Part shown: positions 37,854 to 47,625 of the stretch, piece after piece | Numbering within the stretch: position 1 is the first letter of the stretch | Layout of the letters: each line of letters starts with the position of its first letter | Virus record (IMG/VR): IMGVR_UViG_3300027963_000035 | Coordinates: 1 to 64,000 of that record | Strand: one strand, 5' to 3' | DNA length: 64,000 nucleotides | Notes under the pieces: generated by a model | Seen by the model: only the letters and a program-made list of their open reading frames with translations | Told to the model about the DNA's origin: nothing | Database searches by the model: none | Translations under genes and position numbers: made by a program

Positions 37854-38642
37854 TTATGTGGTGCAATATTTATTTTTAAATTCCTCCTCATCATAAATAT
37901 CTGCTTTTAATATGTTATCTGGCCCCGGGATAGGACGAAGATTCTCTAGTGAATTTATCTTTTTAATATCAAGTATTCCATGATCTAAAAATGCTTTAAT
38001 TGGAAATATATGATCTACATGCCATGCCTTATCTTTGCATTTTTCATAATCTGGGTGATTTAATATATGCTCTTGTAATTGTTGTGGAGTATAACCCAAT
38101 AGTTCGTGTGTATGGCGTGTTTTATGTTTTCCTGTGGCCTCCATGAATCTTTTAATATGTTGGCCGCACATTTTACGGAACCTTTTACGCAAACTAACAG
38201 CCTCTCTATCTGGATCATACATATGACAATTAGCCCCAGATATTTTTAATGAGCCGCACTTTTTACAATTAGGATATCTTTTAAAATTACCTAAATATGC
38301 TTCTGATTCTCTACCGCATTTACAAACATATTTGATTCTCGTCCTAGTTTTATAAATCCAAGATTCAACTAATTTACATCCATTTTTTTCACATATTTCT
38401 TTTATATCGTTGTCTTTTGTTTTAAATTTATTTGAGAGAATTTTAGGTTTGCAGTTTTCGACGCATCTTTTCCCATTTTGAACGTTAGCTAATCGCATCA
38501 TTGTTTCGTTTCCGCAAATACATATGCACCTCATGGGCTCATTATTATTTTTATAATTTGTTTCCAATAATTTAAATCCTTTTTCTTCAAAAATATGTTT
38601 TACTTGACTATAAGAAAACTTATTTGCTCCTCCGCTTGACAT
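37854..38642 (-). CDS. HNH homing endonuclease with Zn-ribbon repeats
   Basis: CICGN/CKCG repeats, then LLGYT...WHVDHIFP...NLRP...DNILK; GAGG Shine-Dalgarno. Confidence 0.8.
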   Translation of the reverse strand: MSSGGANKFSYSQVKHIFEEKGFKLLETNYKNNNEPMRCICICGNETMMRLANVQNGKRCVENCKPKILSNKFKTKDNDIKEICEKNGCKLVESWIYKTRTRIKYVCKCGRESEAYLGNFKRYPNCKKCGSLKISGANCHMYDPDREAVSLRKRFRKMCGQHIKRFMEATGKHKTRHTHELLGYTPQQLQEHILNHPDYEKCKDKAWHVDHIFPIKAFLDHGILDIKKINSLENLRPIPGPDNILKADIYDEEEFKNKYCTT

Positions 38643-38685
38643 TTTTTCCTCACTTTTAAGTTTGATTGTGTATAGCGTATTATAC

Positions 38686-38717
38686 AAAAAAACCTTGGCT
38701 GTTTCCAGCCAAGGTTT
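38686..38717 (-). terminator. Intrinsic terminator after the major capsid gene
   Basis: On the minus strand: aaaccttggctg-GAAA-cagccaaggttt followed by a T run. Confidence 0.88.
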
Positions 38718-38749
38718 AGTTTTTTAGAACCTATATCGCAAGTCCATGT

Positions 38750-40174
38750 TCAGACAATGAAGTTAGCGATGTTAAGTCTGGCATAAAATTTTGCTCCTTC
38801 TCGAAGCAACTTCTTCCCATACCTTGTTAACAGACCCTTACGTGGTGTGAAGGAATCTGGATCAAGGACTACTGGAGTCTGGGTGAGTGGCACGTATGGG
38901 CAGTAGAAGTATCCGCTGTCCATGTAGCTGTCGCCCTTATATCCCATTAGGATTTGACCTGTTGGGAACAGTGGGTCCTTGTAGAGTCTCCAACGATTGT
39001 TCACAGTTCCGACATACTGGATGCCGAGTGAGCTAGTGAAAGTCTCTGAAGGAGCTGGAGCGAAACCGGCTGTGGCTGTTTCGAATACTGAAGCAACTTC
39101 TGGACTTGTTACTAACCAATTGGCACCACCACGTAGTGTCTTACGATGAATTACGTTGCTGACTTCAACAACCTTAACGTATAGACTCTCGTAGCGTTCC
39201 TTGACTGTATCACCGAGGGCGGTGCTATAGTCCCAAGCACTGACGGTACCGGCGTTATTGCGGAGGTCACCTAGAACTTCACGGTCGATTTCTAGATTGA
39301 TTTCCTGAGCAAGAACGGCAGTTAGCTCAGCCTCGGCGTCGAGGTTGTGCTGTGAACGTAGATCTTGCTGAGCCTCATAACTCCAAACTGCCTTCAGTTT
39401 ACGAGTCTTGGCGGCAATCTCTTCGCTCTCGATGGCGAGATTGATCTCGGGCATATCACTGTTGCCTTCCATGTTGTATTCATATGATACAACTACGGTG
39501 TTGGCACTTGGATCATTATTCCAAGTTAGACTAACAGCACCAGTTGTTGGATTAAGTGTACCACTTGTTACCTTGTTACTTGGGCTGCCAACGTCGGTGA
39601 CACTCATTGTGCCGCCAGCTGAAACAACGAAAGTATTGACAACAACTGTACCATCATAAACTGTACCGGTCATTGTGCCAGCGATAACTGGAACGTGCTC
39701 AACAGTGAAAGCAGTGGTTGTGCCACCGGCGTCAGTATGGCTCTCGTTCTGAACGAACTGATGAGAGTAGAAGACGTCGAGATTGGCTGTACCATCGGCT
39801 AACTGCTGTAGTGAGTTAACGTCATCACCTGGGAATCCGCCCTTAGCGGCTCCACGGACAGCACCCTTGTTGCTGCCATATCTAAAACGGAGATAGTAAA
39901 CTAGACCGGTTGGGCCGAGCAATGGCTGGACCGAGACGATCTTGTTTGCAATCAACTGTGGGTAAACTCTGCGAACAAGTGGGATGCTGATTCTTTTGAA
40001 TTGAGCAACGTCACCTGTGTCGGTTGAAACTTCATTGATGAGTCTCTGGTTCTCGAGAAGAACAGCTGTGGTGGATCGGACGTAACGATCTTCGATGCCC
40101 TCCAACAAGCCGGTTTTCTTCCAACGACCTTCTAACTCCTTCGCTTCGTTGAGAAATTTAGCATTTATATTCAT
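38750..40174 (-). CDS. gp23: Major capsid protein (T4 gp23-like)
   Basis: SVQPLLGPTGLVYYLR, AKTRKLKAVWSYEAQQDL, EINLEIDRE and YCPYVPL. Confidence 0.97.
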   Translation of the reverse strand: MNINAKFLNEAKELEGRWKKTGLLEGIEDRYVRSTTAVLLENQRLINEVSTDTGDVAQFKRISIPLVRRVYPQLIANKIVSVQPLLGPTGLVYYLRFRYGSNKGAVRGAAKGGFPGDDVNSLQQLADGTANLDVFYSHQFVQNESHTDAGGTTTAFTVEHVPVIAGTMTGTVYDGTVVVNTFVVSAGGTMSVTDVGSPSNKVTSGTLNPTTGAVSLTWNNDPSANTVVVSYEYNMEGNSDMPEINLAIESEEIAAKTRKLKAVWSYEAQQDLRSQHNLDAEAELTAVLAQEINLEIDREVLGDLRNNAGTVSAWDYSTALGDTVKERYESLYVKVVEVSNVIHRKTLRGGANWLVTSPEVASVFETATAGFAPAPSETFTSSLGIQYVGTVNNRWRLYKDPLFPTGQILMGYKGDSYMDSGYFYCPYVPLTQTPVVLDPDSFTPRKGLLTRYGKKLLREGAKFYARLNIANFIV

Positions 40175-40219
40175 TTTTCTTACTTTCTTTTAATAGATTG
40201 ATTAGCCAGTAGAATCCGT

Positions 40220-41116
40220 TCAGTCTTCTATCTTTTTAATACCAGCTAAAATGTGCAAATCGTTAAAGTCGTGTTGAGTACCATTATTTTCCGCAATAAC
40301 AGCTTCACCAGCGACTACTTGTCCTCTCCCCATTACATTCTTGCTCTTTTCAGCTCTTTCTTTCATTTCATTAACAGTTTTTACCTGTTTTTCATTCTCT
40401 ACAGCCTTGACTTGTTCGGTCACAACTGTTTGTGCGTGGCGAACAGCCTCGGTTAGTTTTGTGTTCTCTGTCGATAGTCTTATGCTTCTGGCCTCTAATA
40501 GCTTGATTTGGCCCTTGAGATCATCAATCTGCTTCTTGGCTTCATCAACCTTAGCAGAACTGACACTTGCATAATCTTCGTCACTTAGATATTCACTTGT
40601 GATATCAACAATCTTGTCGAAAGCACTTCTGTGCTCGACAGTTCTTGGATCAGCAAGGACATCCTTCTTGGCTTGTTCATAGATTTCGGCACCCTTGAAC
40701 TGTAGAAATTGATCTACTTTGTCAACGATGTACTCTTTCATCTCGGCAAGCTTCTTGTCGTATTCTTCATAGAGGGAAACTTCAAGACTACCATTCTTGC
40801 TTCTCTCCTCTTTGAGCATTTCATAAGCTTCTTCGTAGCCCTCTTCGAGAGCTGCTTCATACTCTTCACCTTGAACTTCAAGACGATTTCTGAGTTCAGA
40901 GATGATAGCATAAGCTTCGGTATAACCTTCTTCTGCTGTCTTTTCAGCTGACTTTAGTTCATTGGAAACTTCGGCGTAGGCCTCCTCCAATTTGGAATTA
41001 AATTCAGTCTCTAGTTCTGACTTTGCATCCTTTAACATTTCTTCGACTGCTGAGCTTACCTCTTGAATCTGATCAGCAGGTAAGAGTTTTTCTAGTGCTT
41101 CTTTAATTTTGTTCAT
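40220..41116 (-). CDS. gp22: Prohead core scaffold protein (T4 gp22-like)
   Basis: Acidic coiled coil located between the protease and the capsid gene, with KVDQFL and an ATGA overlap with gp21. Confidence 0.8.
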   Translation of the reverse strand: MNKIKEALEKLLPADQIQEVSSAVEEMLKDAKSELETEFNSKLEEAYAEVSNELKSAEKTAEEGYTEAYAIISELRNRLEVQGEEYEAALEEGYEEAYEMLKEERSKNGSLEVSLYEEYDKKLAEMKEYIVDKVDQFLQFKGAEIYEQAKKDVLADPRTVEHRSAFDKIVDITSEYLSDEDYASVSSAKVDEAKKQIDDLKGQIKLLEARSIRLSTENTKLTEAVRHAQTVVTEQVKAVENEKQVKTVNEMKERAEKSKNVMGRGQVVAGEAVIAENNGTQHDFNDLHILAGIKKIED

Positions 41117-41802
41117 GAGCCTAAACCTCGCTTTAATGAATTGGTTGAATTTTCGATTATTGTTCCTAAACAAGCAATTAACGCTTCTTTATTAACAGTA
41201 TATATGCTGCTGCTTTCATTTTTTGCAGGAATTTCTTCCACCGCAGAAGAAATTTCTACACTTTCTTTCTTATCCTTCTTATCAGTAACCTTCTCTTGAA
41301 AAGCTGCGAAAGTGCTAGGATCAGCTACTGCGTCGAATGTTATAAGTTTATAACTTTCACCGATAACTAATACTCCATTTTCATTTACTTTTCCATTACC
41401 AACGCCTCTGCTGCTAATGCCAACTCTAACACCGTCGTTCAAAAGACTTCTCAGTATTTTTCCGTGAGGTGTGTTGAGTATTTCGCCTTCGCCCATGAGG
41501 ACATTGCCGTCCCACCAAAGCTTGGTGATGACATGGCTAGCCTTTTCAAAATGTATAATGCTGTCGGTTGGGTGATCTAACTCACCAATTAAACCTCTGT
41601 GCTTTACACATTCGTTAAGTTTTTTGACGTTCTCACTGAGAACTTCAAAAGGATATATTCTTTTGTTTTTATTAATAGCTTCAGCTTCTTGGAACTTGCC
41701 ACGGAATCTGGTTAAGCCTTTGTCCGTGACACTTTCATTTAGGTCCATGTTGAACCCACCACCGCTGCAGCTATCTACGAATAGCATTTGATCTTTTGAC
41801 AT
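41113..41802 (-). CDS. gp21: Prohead maturation protease (T4 gp21-like)
   Basis: NKNKRIYP, GELDHP, VGISSRGVG and FDAVADPS. Confidence 0.95.
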   Translation of the reverse strand: MSKDQMLFVDSCSGGGFNMDLNESVTDKGLTRFRGKFQEAEAINKNKRIYPFEVLSENVKKLNECVKHRGLIGELDHPTDSIIHFEKASHVITKLWWDGNVLMGEGEILNTPHGKILRSLLNDGVRVGISSRGVGNGKVNENGVLVIGESYKLITFDAVADPSTFAAFQEKVTDKKDKKESVEISSAVEEIPAKNESSSIYTVNKEALIACLGTIIENSTNSLKRGLGS

Positions 41803-41820
41803 TGTTTTTCTCCTTTATAT

Positions 41821-43608
41821 TTATTTGGCAAAAGGATTCTGAAGACCTGGCCAAGTATCTTTACCTTGGTTTGTTCCGAGATCTTCACCATCCTTATCAA
41901 CTCCTTTTTCGCCCTTCATCGTGAATTCCATTGCATTTGGAATATAAGGATTAGTTAATGATGGATAGACGTGGTCACCGCCAACGTTGCCCCAACCATT
42001 ATCTTTCATCTCATCATCTAAATCGTTTACAATAGTCTTGCCATCGCTAACTGGAGCTGGGCTATCGACTACACTCTTGTCCTCAAGATCAGCAGCTGGG
42101 CTGTAACTTTTTCTTGCCTTTTCACTAAGCGATGGGTGATCCCCATTAACACTCATTGTTGGCATACTGTCAGCCCAATCTTCGCATCCGAGATTACTCT
42201 CATAGATATCCTTGAGGTAGTTGGCAACAAACTCAGCAAGTTGAACATCTGGTTCTTCTTCTTGGTTGACAACTAGGATGCACTCATCGAGTAGTTCCGA
42301 AGCTTCAGCAACAACTTCTTTGTCGCCAAGTTTTTCGGCTAATACTTTGAGGTTCTCTAGAGCCTCAACTAGATCTTCGAAAACCTTGAGATCAGCACTG
42401 GCTGATTCATCAAGATACTTGTAGAACTTGTCAGCAACTTCTTTGAATCCTGGATACTTGTCTTCGCACTCTTCACAAACTGTGGCACCAGCTAAATTTG
42501 TGATTTTGTTAACACGATCTGAATAAGCATTGTGAGCGGTTCTTAGTAGACCCTCAGCAATGAAATTGCAGGTATTATCATCAAAATTTCTGGCTCCAAC
42601 TGTCTCAAGGGCTTCTTTAACCATTGAAGATAGTTCTTCTTGAGTGACATAAACTAGTTCTGGAAAATTCTTAACAGCATTCTCTAAACTTGTCTCAAGC
42701 ATGTTGTTATCAGAAATATTGTTGTACTTCTTGATTTGAGCAACACTCTTGACGAAGTTTTCATTCTTTACAAGGCATTTGCCTTTGCTTCTGAGAACCT
42801 TGACTTCGGTGTCGAGAGTCTTCCAATCGAAACTTAATACTTTGCCTTCATTTACTTTGCTTACTGTTGGAACTTTGATTCCAACGATATCACCTTTATC
42901 GTTTTGTTCAACGATGCATTCTTTGTAAACATGGCCCATTTCTTTGTGATTTACATAACCAAGAACGTTCTCTGTTAGGCTGGTCCATTCCTTCATAGTC
43001 TTAACAACATAAATTCTGGCTCTTGGATTGCTGATGTTCTTAAGACGACGCTTGGCACTGGCTGTCTTCATCTTGAGGTAGTTCTTGAGGCTAGCACGCT
43101 TTCTCTTTGTTTTCATCATTGAGCGAATACGTTTGGCAACAAGGCTTCTTGGCTGCTTCTTGTGGAACAATTTGCTCCTCTTGCCAGTTGGCTTGCTTAA
43201 CTTAACTTTGAAACCTTCTGAAATTAGGTTTCTTCTTACTGATGGCATATTGAGATACTCGCTAAGAACTTCTGAAGCGACTTCTTCTTTATTCTCAAGA
43301 AGATTATCAATCATGTCAGAGATGAGTTTCTTTGACTCATTCTTTTCTGTCTCTTCATCGATTACTAGTTCTTCGATGTTTTCTAGAGCAAGATTATCGT
43401 TGGTTAGTTTGTAGTTGGCACGAACGATATCTTCGTTTACTGTCTTGTAAACAACTTCTGACTCATTAAAGAACATGAGTTCAAGTTTTTCTGTTTCAAG
43501 AATTGTTGCAAGAAGCTCCTCAGCTTCGATTAGCTCCTTCTCAACTCTGGATACTGACTCATTCTCCATTTTCTTGAATTCATCATAATTGATTAATTTA
43601 CGCTTCAT
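41821..43608 (-). CDS. Large acidic head-associated/prohead core protein (putative)
   Basis: Directly upstream of gp21. Glu-rich with many L/I-x-E sites and a basic insert; AGGGAG Shine-Dalgarno before ATG 43608. Confidence 0.6.
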   Translation of the reverse strand: MKRKLINYDEFKKMENESVSRVEKELIEAEELLATILETEKLELMFFNESEVVYKTVNEDIVRANYKLTNDNLALENIEELVIDEETEKNESKKLISDMIDNLLENKEEVASEVLSEYLNMPSVRRNLISEGFKVKLSKPTGKRSKLFHKKQPRSLVAKRIRSMMKTKRKRASLKNYLKMKTASAKRRLKNISNPRARIYVVKTMKEWTSLTENVLGYVNHKEMGHVYKECIVEQNDKGDIVGIKVPTVSKVNEGKVLSFDWKTLDTEVKVLRSKGKCLVKNENFVKSVAQIKKYNNISDNNMLETSLENAVKNFPELVYVTQEELSSMVKEALETVGARNFDDNTCNFIAEGLLRTAHNAYSDRVNKITNLAGATVCEECEDKYPGFKEVADKFYKYLDESASADLKVFEDLVEALENLKVLAEKLGDKEVVAEASELLDECILVVNQEEEPDVQLAEFVANYLKDIYESNLGCEDWADSMPTMSVNGDHPSLSEKARKSYSPAADLEDKSVVDSPAPVSDGKTIVNDLDDEMKDNGWGNVGGDHVYPSLTNPYIPNAMEFTMKGEKGVDKDGEDLGTNQGKDTWPGLQNPFAK

Positions 43609-43775
43609 TAGTTTCTCCCTAAGATAATTTTGTTTTTGCAAAAAGGTTCGATACTAGTTTAGTATATTGTTGAATAAAACCTTAAATGTATATACACTTT
43701 TGCCTTTAAAAATTTTTCAAAAAAAACATATATACATTTTAGTGTTAGTTAAACAAACAAAATTAAAGGAAAAAT

Positions 43776-44126
43776 ATGAAAAGTTTTCAAGAATATTTAA
43801 AAGATAATAATAGTGTTTCTGAAGTCACAGGTATGAATGTTGGAAAAACAGCCTATGGCACCGCTAGTTTCAGCAACAGCGAAGCAGAGCAGCTCACTCA
43901 CATGATGAAGGTTGTTGATATGGCAATCGCTGAGAACCCACAGAGATTTATGAATGCTCTAAGAGGCATTGCTTCAAACAACCCAGAAATGGAACTATTG
44001 ATCTCAAATATTAATCTTCCAAAACTCAAGATGGCTGCTAAGAAACATGTTGAAGAGAATGAGGCTGCTGAAGATCATGATTCAATGGGTGGAGATGAGT
44101 CAAAATATCTACCAAAAGGCATGTAA
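43776..44126 (+). CDS. CTS-like protein (MKSFQEYLKD)
   Basis: 116 aa ORF with an AAGGA Shine-Dalgarno. Confidence 0.7.
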   Translation: MKSFQEYLKDNNSVSEVTGMNVGKTAYGTASFSNSEAEQLTHMMKVVDMAIAENPQRFMNALRGIASNNPEMELLISNINLPKLKMAAKKHVEENEAAEDHDSMGGDESKYLPKGM

Positions 44127-44408
44127 TTGAAAAGTTATAAGGAATACCTCCTGGCAGAAGGTGCTAAAAAAGATTCTGACAAGAGGTCTAAAGATAAAGA
44201 TGATACGAGTCAAAACTCTGCCATAATGGAGTTGGCAGAGAAGCTTCAGAGTGTTTTTAAGAAATATAGCTTGATAACTAGACGAGCTGCTTGGAATAAA
44301 CTTAACACAAAAAAGGGGGATGAGGCAATTGATGACCTCATCAAGAACCCCGCAAGATCCTTAAATGCTTTTAAAAAGCTATCTAATCAAGGAAATCAAG
44401 GAAAATAA
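44127..44408 (+). CDS. CTS-like protein (MKSYKEYLLAE)
   Basis: TTG start abutting the upstream stop. Confidence 0.65.
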   Translation: MKSYKEYLLAEGAKKDSDKRSKDKDDTSQNSAIMELAEKLQSVFKKYSLITRRAAWNKLNTKKGDEAIDDLIKNPARSLNAFKKLSNQGNQGK

Positions 44409-44467
44409 AGCTTAAAATTATTTTTTGAACCCCAGAACCATAAATAATTATAGATCAAGGAGGATCT

Positions 44468-45142
44468 ATGAAAAGGATTTCATGGGTTTTATTAATTCTG
44501 TTTTTAGGGTCTTTCGGCCAGATTGACTGTCTTTATCCAAATCCCCTTTTTGCTAGTAACATTAACCCTGTTGCTAGTTATGAGGGGGAGGAAGATGAAG
44601 ATCTTTCGAATGTCCAGGTCCCTATACCATTCGAAGATCGTGTGCCAAACAGAACTGGTATCCAGTGCGTTTGGTGCAGCTTCGAAACAATTGCAAGGTA
44701 TGCGAAGGAAACACGGTTGTATGATTTAACAAGAATGAAAGAATACCAAAGCTATGCAGGCCCCAGTGCTGCTAGGGCTATGCTTGAAAGATTCAGCGTT
44801 AAGCATGAAATGACAACGAAGGGTGATAGAAATTTATTGATAAAAGGCTGCCAAATTGAACGTAGAGGCGCTGTTTTTGCTGTTCCTGGCCACATGATGA
44901 CAATGGTTCATTATGATGAAAAGGCCGGAGTAGTAAAATATATCAATAATAGCGATCCTCAACTTAAGATTAGAACTTGGAATATGAACGAGTTCAACAA
45001 AAGGTGGGATGGCTGGGCAGCTATCATCTATGCAAAAGAAGACATAATACCTAACAAATACAGGGTATTAGAATTGCCAATAATCGACAGGAATGTGTTG
45101 CAAAGAGAATATAGCAAAGACTATATTTTAATGCCAAGATAA
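44468..45142 (+). CDS. Secreted papain-fold cysteine peptidase (C39-like)
   Basis: Signal-peptide-like N-terminus, QCVWCS (Cys) and GHMMTMVHYD...NNSDP (His/Asp); GGAGG Shine-Dalgarno. Confidence 0.7.
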   Translation: MKRISWVLLILFLGSFGQIDCLYPNPLFASNINPVASYEGEEDEDLSNVQVPIPFEDRVPNRTGIQCVWCSFETIARYAKETRLYDLTRMKEYQSYAGPSAARAMLERFSVKHEMTTKGDRNLLIKGCQIERRGAVFAVPGHMMTMVHYDEKAGVVKYINNSDPQLKIRTWNMNEFNKRWDGWAAIIYAKEDIIPNKYRVLELPIIDRNVLQREYSKDYILMPR

Positions 45143-45149
45143 CGAATGG

Positions 45150-45185
45150 AGCCGATCAATTATTTTTTAGTTGATCGGCTTTTTT
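45150..45185 (+). terminator. Intrinsic terminator
   Basis: agccgatcaa / ttgatcggct stem followed by TTTTT. Confidence 0.8.
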
Positions 45186-45716
45186 CTTCATTTTAGTCTT
45201 GTATTTTAGATTTTCCTGACGTCGGGAAAATGGTGTGGGTGGTAGGTCATTTATGCTCATGTGAGGATCGGCAGAATACTCGCTTGCTTTTGGACTGCGC
45301 TCATTTTCTGGATCTGGCATACTCTGATTTACGAATCCTTCTTTTTTATTATAGTCGAGGTGATGAAACACATCATCCATATACTCGCCTGCTAAATTTA
45401 GTTTTGATTTAATCCAGTCTTTTAGTTCTTTTTCTTTATCAAGTATCTTTTCTATTTCTTTTGCTTTTTCATGGATGCTTCTCAAATCTCCCATTGCCAT
45501 TTTGTTATTGTCTTCGTTCTGTTGTTTATAGTATTTTAAATAATCAAGAACGGTATTAAGATAATCCTCGGTGTGAGTTAGTTTTGCTTTAACCCAATCT
45601 TCGAGTTCTACATTTGGCTTGACTATACCTAATAATTTTTCACTGTATTGAACTATCTTGTGAACATCATTTTTTGAATGTTCGAGATTTTCTAAGAATG
45701 TTTTGAAGTTAAGCAT
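45156..45716 (-). CDS. CTS-like protein with a duplicated helical module
   Basis: LEDWVKAKLTHTEDYLNTVLDYL and LKDWIKSKLNLAGEYMDDVFHHL. Confidence 0.7.
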   Translation of the reverse strand: MLNFKTFLENLEHSKNDVHKIVQYSEKLLGIVKPNVELEDWVKAKLTHTEDYLNTVLDYLKYYKQQNEDNNKMAMGDLRSIHEKAKEIEKILDKEKELKDWIKSKLNLAGEYMDDVFHHLDYNKKEGFVNQSMPDPENERSPKASEYSADPHMSINDLPPTPFSRRQENLKYKTKMKKKADQLKNN

Positions 45717-46365
45717 ATTTTATCTATTGTTTTCTCTCTATTATTTTATGCAGAAAAAAGAACTATTATTGGTGATTACACACTATAGAGAAAATAATGT
45801 TTTAGTTGATACATTGAATACTAATAAGAGAATACAAAAAATAGACCTACAGTTATACAAAGATATAAATAATCTTTTTTCTCTAGGATCTATTAGAAGC
45901 GGATATAGAAAAAATCCCCATATTTATATGGATCCTCTTTACTATAATCATCAATTCTGTTTTGCTCCTTTATTAAATTTTTGTAAATTTATTTATCTTG
46001 TAAATAAGCCAAGATTAGTGATGCCAAATCTAATCGGGAACAAAACGTACAGCTCAGAGTCGTGTTTAAACTATTATTGTTTTAGGCTTCGCAAGATCTA
46101 TGAAATGATAAGAAAAACTCCCAAGCAAAACTTTAAAGTCTATTTTGACGAGGAGTTTACCCTACCTGAAACTTACAAAAAAATTCAAGAGTTCTTAGAT
46201 TTAAAAGAAGAATTTAATATCAGAAAAGAAAATAGTGTTGCTGACTTTAATATCAGCAACACTATTCTTGAAAAAGCAAATGAGTGTTATGAAAAATATA
46301 GGTTTAAAATCAAGGGGCTACAGGGGCAGGAGCAGGAGCACCGCCTCTTGGAGCCATTGGCATAG
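45703..46365 (-). CDS. Hypothetical protein, possibly a degenerate sulfotransferase fold
   Basis: C-terminal FDEEFTLPETYKKIQEFLDL resembles sulfotransferase C-termini; no PSB loop seen; start uncertain. Confidence 0.45.
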
Positions 46366-46825
46366 AAACTTGGGCATCCTGCATTTTTGGAATGTTCTCT
46401 TTCTCCTTCATTAGTCCCTTTAGAATTCCGCCAAGATAAGAAGCAACTGTTTGTCTTGGATTGGTCGAAGATGGCATACTTGCAGTTTGTGGATTTTTTT
46501 GAAGTTGATTCACAAGATCGTTTAAAACTCTTGCCGCAGAATCAAACTTCGAAGCAGGGCCGGCTAATGTATCGGCGGCTTGAGCAGCACCACCTTTGAT
46601 ACCGCCACCGTCCCAAACATTTTTTCCAAATTGCTTGGCAGCACTCCAGGCATTTTTGCCAAATGCCTTTAGGCTATCCATGAAACCTTCGTCAAGTTCC
46701 ATCTCGGGAGCGTTTTCTAAAATATATTCGGCGGGATTGATGTCCATCTCAACCATAAGTCCTGCAATGCTCTCAACTAGTGTGTCGATATTTTTTTGTT
46801 CAATAAACTCATTAAATGTTTTCAT
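46310..46825 (-). CDS. CTS-like protein (MKTFNEFIEQ)
   Basis: 171 aa ORF with a GAGGA Shine-Dalgarno. Confidence 0.7.
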   Translation of the reverse strand: MKTFNEFIEQKNIDTLVESIAGLMVEMDINPAEYILENAPEMELDEGFMDSLKAFGKNAWSAAKQFGKNVWDGGGIKGGAAQAADTLAGPASKFDSAARVLNDLVNQLQKNPQTASMPSSTNPRQTVASYLGGILKGLMKEKENIPKMQDAQVSMPMAPRGGAPAPAPVAP

Positions 46826-46909
46826 TATATTCCTCTTGATTAAAAGATTATAGATTATATACTACTCTAGTCTAAATTTTTATCCATTTTTTGAAAGAAA
46901 CAAAATTTT

Positions 46910-47335
46910 ATGATTAATGCTTTGGTTGAAAGAATAAATCAAGACCTTAAAAATGAGTGGAAACATCATTGCTTTTATCTTCATAATGCAAGTAATATAG
47001 TTGGATTGCACGCAAAGGAATACAAAGAGTGGCTGTTGGAACAAGCTGCCAGTGAAATGCAACACATCGTCCAATTCTCTGATCTTATTACTGGGCTTGG
47101 GGGCTCTCCTGTAAAGGTGCCGAACGATTTTCCATCCTTGAGCGATCCAAGAGAAATTCTCGAATACGCAGCAAAAATGGAAGAAGAGGTTATAAATAAC
47201 TATTATCAGAGAATAGCTGATGCTGAAAAAATAAACGATCTTAATAGTTATTGGGTAGTTATATTTTTGGAAAAACAGATGGAAGATAGCAGGAAAGATT
47301 TGGATGAGATAAGACAGATGCTAAAAGGAATATAA
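46910..47335 (+). CDS. Ferritin/bacterioferritin-like diiron protein
   Basis: NEWKH, ASEMQH, KMEEEV and EDSRKDLDE: four-helix-bundle ExxH pattern. Confidence 0.8.
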   Translation: MINALVERINQDLKNEWKHHCFYLHNASNIVGLHAKEYKEWLLEQAASEMQHIVQFSDLITGLGGSPVKVPNDFPSLSDPREILEYAAKMEEEVINNYYQRIADAEKINDLNSYWVVIFLEKQMEDSRKDLDEIRQMLKGI

Positions 47336-47625
47336 TGGTTTTTTCTTTAGATTTTGACAACACTTTCACAGAAGATCCAATATTTTGGAAGTGGTTTATT
47401 CTTAAGGCAACCTCTAGAGGCCACCGAGTTTTTTGTGTAACTGCCCGGACAGAAGAACAAAAAAATATAGATGAAGTACAGGGTAGCTTTGGGTCTTCTT
47501 TGGAATTAATAGAAGATGTGATATTCTGCAATCATCTTCCTAAAAAAGATGTTGTCGATAAACTTGGTGTGAATATTGATGTCTGGATAGACGACAAGCC
47601 AGAAACAATTATATTCGGTTTATAA
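47335..47625 (+). CDS. Minimal HAD-superfamily phosphatase
   Basis: LDFDNT (DxD), VTAR and WIDDKP. Confidence 0.75.
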   Translation: MVFSLDFDNTFTEDPIFWKWFILKATSRGHRVFCVTARTEEQKNIDEVQGSFGSSLELIEDVIFCNHLPKKDVVDKLGVNIDVWIDDKPETIIFGL

